NCBI RefSeq assembly: GCF_009914755.1
Contig: NC_060941.1
Direction: 5' to 3' (one strand)
Source of the DNA: the human T2T-CHM13v2.0 reference genome, Homo sapiens
Length of the DNA: 64,000 nucleotides
Part shown: positions 60,429 to 64,000 of the stretch, piece by piece
Position numbering within the stretch: the stretch's first letter is position 1
How the letters are laid out: every line of letters starts with the position of its first letter
Notes under the pieces: model-generated
Seen by the model: only the letters and a program-made list of their open reading frames with translations
Database searches by the model: none
What the model was told of the DNA's origin: nothing
Program-made: the position numbers and the translations under genes

Positions 60429-62999
60429 GTGCCTTCACGTGTTCTAGAAGGTACTACGTTTAAGTAACGGGTTGACTGACTCTCCATTTGATTAAGTTTT
60501 TCTGGTAGGGATTATGAGATTTAACTGCAAGAACACTTGTCAAGATAAAATGTTGCCATTCTCTAACAAAGTCTCATTTCAAAACATTTATCTTTCTTAT
60601 ACAAAGTCTAAAGAAGAATATGTCAAGTAAAATCACCAGTAATGTCACGATCCATATAGCTAACTACTACTGCTATAACAGCCTGTCTTGTTTCTCATGT
60701 CTGCAGGTGTATATATTTAAATGCTATTCAGCTTTAACATGAATGTTATTGATTTTCTTATAGAAACCTGAATCTTCCTGGAGTAATTCAGCCCCCAAAT
60801 CAAAATTGAAGTCAACAGGCAACACATTATTAACATGGAAATGTTGTCAAGAACATAGAGGTATACAGAGGTCAAGAGCATAAACATCAGAAAGGGACTG
60901 TGGCTGGCCTGCATTCCCAGCCACAAAAAAGAAAGCACTGGATACTCAGGAAGGATCTACTTAAGATCTTGGGAAATTCTGTAATCAAGCTAGTATCCAA
61001 CAGCAGGCATTTGGACATGTCCTGCAACCCATCATCAATGCAAAGAGCTTAAAATATTAATCCCAATCACAGTGTTCCATTTGGAAAAAGAAAAACATAA
61101 CACACAAACACATGTAATTTCACCTAGCTCCTTAAATGCAGGCACTCTCCCTTGAGAAAAAATGAACATTTCCTATCCTGCAGTCTAAAAGGCTGCAAAT
61201 GCAGAGGATAAACATTAACAAACACTTAAGAAATATTAAATCCGCATACTAATTTCAGCTTATTACTACTGCAGTGGTTTACATCATTAGTGTTTTTAGA
61301 AAACTAAAGCATGACTGAGATATCTGCTATCCAATAGGCAACTGCAAAAAGGATGAAAGAACTTAAGACTCTCCTACCTAGAAAATAAGGATTATCACTG
61401 AAGCTTCCATTTGAATTTTATTTGATGTTGAGATGAACTCAGGGTTTATGCATCCCACAGCCAGAAAGAAAGAGTAGAAAAGCTAAAGTGGTAGACAGAG
61501 TGCCTCTGTAATCCCCTCCTCTCCAAAGCAGGGCCCTAGGGGATTATCTTTTGGAGTAATCTTACAGTTAAAGGTAGCAAGGAGGGTTGCTGAATTGCTC
61601 CCCCCACCCCTCCCCCCGCCCCGATTGAAAGGGCCAGGTGTACAGCATAAAATTACTAACATAGCAATGAGATTCAAATTTGTTATTCACATAAAGCAGG
61701 CATCTCATTCATTACTCCACTCTGGGCCAGATCAAGTAAGCGTGACAAAGAGGCCTTGAATGAAAAGCTAAAACTAAATAGTTTTTACGGGGGTCGTTTT
61801 TTCTAGGGTCTAAGAACCAATGTCTACTAGATTTGTTTCACCAAAAAGTAGAGAGGGTTAAGGGGTAAAAACAGAGAGCCACACACTTAAAAGCACACAA
61901 TAAAATTAAACTCTACCTGCAAATATGTATTTTTACTTTATTCAATTAATGCCATGTCACACCTGCTTGCAATGTCATTTTTTAAATGTATCACATTCGT
62001 TTGGCTAGAAAAGTCAACAGTTCAGTTTTGGTTAGTTATTCCCTTTCTGACAAACATTAAAATGGAAAGAAAATGCTAACTGGGTGACAGGAATTTAACT
62101 TATTCCTGGGTTAAAATAGTTTTTGACTTTGTATGATTGATTTCATGTCTCAAGCCCACCCCACCCCCATTTCAATGATACTGAGCATAGTTTCGCTTAA
62201 ATTCACCAAAATATTGCTGGCCTATAAATAGTATACTAGCCATTTCCATTAGCTAGCACCATGGCCATAAAATTGTACTAAACAAGAAGTGGAATGTTCT
62301 GAAAATTCCATTTTCACTAAGTTATTGCCTAGGCTTTAATTTCTGCCTATGTGGGGCTATGTGCCTCACTTTCCGGCTTCTGCAGGTTGAGGATAAAAGA
62401 AAATCTATAAAATTACATTATAACAATTTTGAACTCATTTTTTTAAAGTTTTGATTAGCATAATGCTGTTACTAATCCAATGGTTCCTAAGCCTAAGATT
62501 TATGTTTACCAACACTTGAAAATAACTATCTAGAATTTAAAGAAATATAGCAAATGCAAAAATGCATCTTAAATTCTTATTGTTCAACTTATTTATCCAT
62601 AGCCCAATTTATTATAAAAGACCTAACTTGTCAGTGTTTTCTAACACTGTGGGTCAAATATTTCTTGGCCAATATCTGTCCCTTTACCTTCTATCCCAAA
62701 ACCCTTGTCAGGCCAATGAACTACTCACTGTCCCTAGAGACTGCAAAACTTCAAAGAAAGGAAGAGTATTCCTACTTACACCAATGGAATGAAGATGTAT
62801 CTTGGACTGTGTAAAAAGAAACAGCAATAGCTTACATTTTTAGCATGCCTTTCTTCTGAGAAAGCATTAGCTCTTCACTTAATAGTACACTTGTTTTTCT
62901 CATCACTTCTGTAAAGTAGGATGAGCAAGGAAAGGGTAAAGGAGCAGGATCATTTTACAAACAGAAACTAACACACAAATAATGTGTTACTTGTTAATT

Positions 63000-64000
63000 G
63001 CCATAGAAGCAATGTTTTTCGCTAAACAAAACCCTCCTTAACGTCAAATCTAGTATTTTAAAAAATATTTATCCAAGAAGGAGATTTTAAAAAATATATA
63101 CATGTGTCTGCTCATCGGTGCAAAAAAATACAGGAAAGATAAGCCAAAACGTACTGAAATTGCTAACCTACAGGACGTTGAGTGAGAAAAGGATATAAAG
63201 AAGAATGTATAGCTTTTTTAGAACCACAGTAATGTTTCCCATACAAAAATAAAAATTAACAATGCGGGGTGGGGAAAACAGGGAAGGCTAGAATTGAATA
63301 CTGTAGTAACAAATGAACCTAACTGTATTACAAAACAACATAACCATACTGAAAGATTTGGTGGAAGGAAATAACTAACCTACGTAACTTCAGAAAACTG
63401 TATTTTGACTGCATAACAGTTAACATACTGTACAAAAATATTGTACTCTAGTTAGCAAATGTGTTTTTCACAGGGGTACTAGATGACAACTGTGAGACTA
63501 TACGGGTACTAGGATTAAACGAGTATCAATAAGGAAGGGGGAAGGCTGCTGTGTTGAACTGGTATGAACTTACGGTTTTTTATATATATATACAGGTTAA
63601 GTAGATACAGAAATATAGATGTGTGTGTATGCACCTGTGAGCATAGATACATATGTTTCCTTGCTTTGCCTTTTGAGACATCCTAGAAGCAGTGACACTT
63701 ACGAAGTAACAATGAGCACAACTAGTACTCAGATTTTAGTTCCTAATAAAAGGAACCTGAGCTGAAGTAGGCAAAATACAAGAGGAACCTGGAACATCTA
63801 GTATTAGAAAGTATTTCAAAATATAAGCGGTACATGCTAAAAGGACACAGGAGCCAATCTGAAAGAGCGCCCAATACCCAAAGTTGAGATAACTGGAGCA
63901 ACTGTATAAACAGTAATAGGTTATAATCCATTAAATAAAATAAATATCCATGGGACCATCCTGATATTCACAACTGAGTCAATGAATGAGTAAATAAATG
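63000..64000 (+). mobile_element. Old L1M-like 3' sequence
   Basis: acaaatgaacctaactgtatt...aaaaggaacctgagc...gacacaggagccaatctgaaagag resembles L1MC 3' regions; subfamily not determined. Confidence 0.55.

Overview
Human genomic DNA from 17q21.31. The + strand carries the 3' part of MAPT (tau): the last 30 nt of exon 10, exons 11-13 and a ~4.2-kb 3'UTR with proximal and distal poly(A) signals. Converging tail-to-tail on the - strand, about 1.6 kb away, is KANSL1: coding exons 5-15 and its 3'UTR. All splice junctions were located by hand and the exon lengths sum in frame. Tag alleles fit the H1 haplotype, and KANSL1 codon 1010 is Leu. The introns are dense in Alus, with two THE1-type solo LTRs, L1 fragments and MER elements. 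Most of the ORF track is Alu-derived noise. The most unexpected observation is in KANSL1 intron 7: two diverged copies of a ~140-200 bp unique segment, 1.3 kb apart. Over 28 codons on the KANSL1 strand their differences are almost all synonymous (7 of 8), which suggests a hidden or fossil coding exon. Other leads are a stop-free MAPT exon 12->11 circle encoding tau 306-370, an LTR-supplied poly(A) signal for intron-12-retaining tau, and G-tracts at the retained-intron donors.
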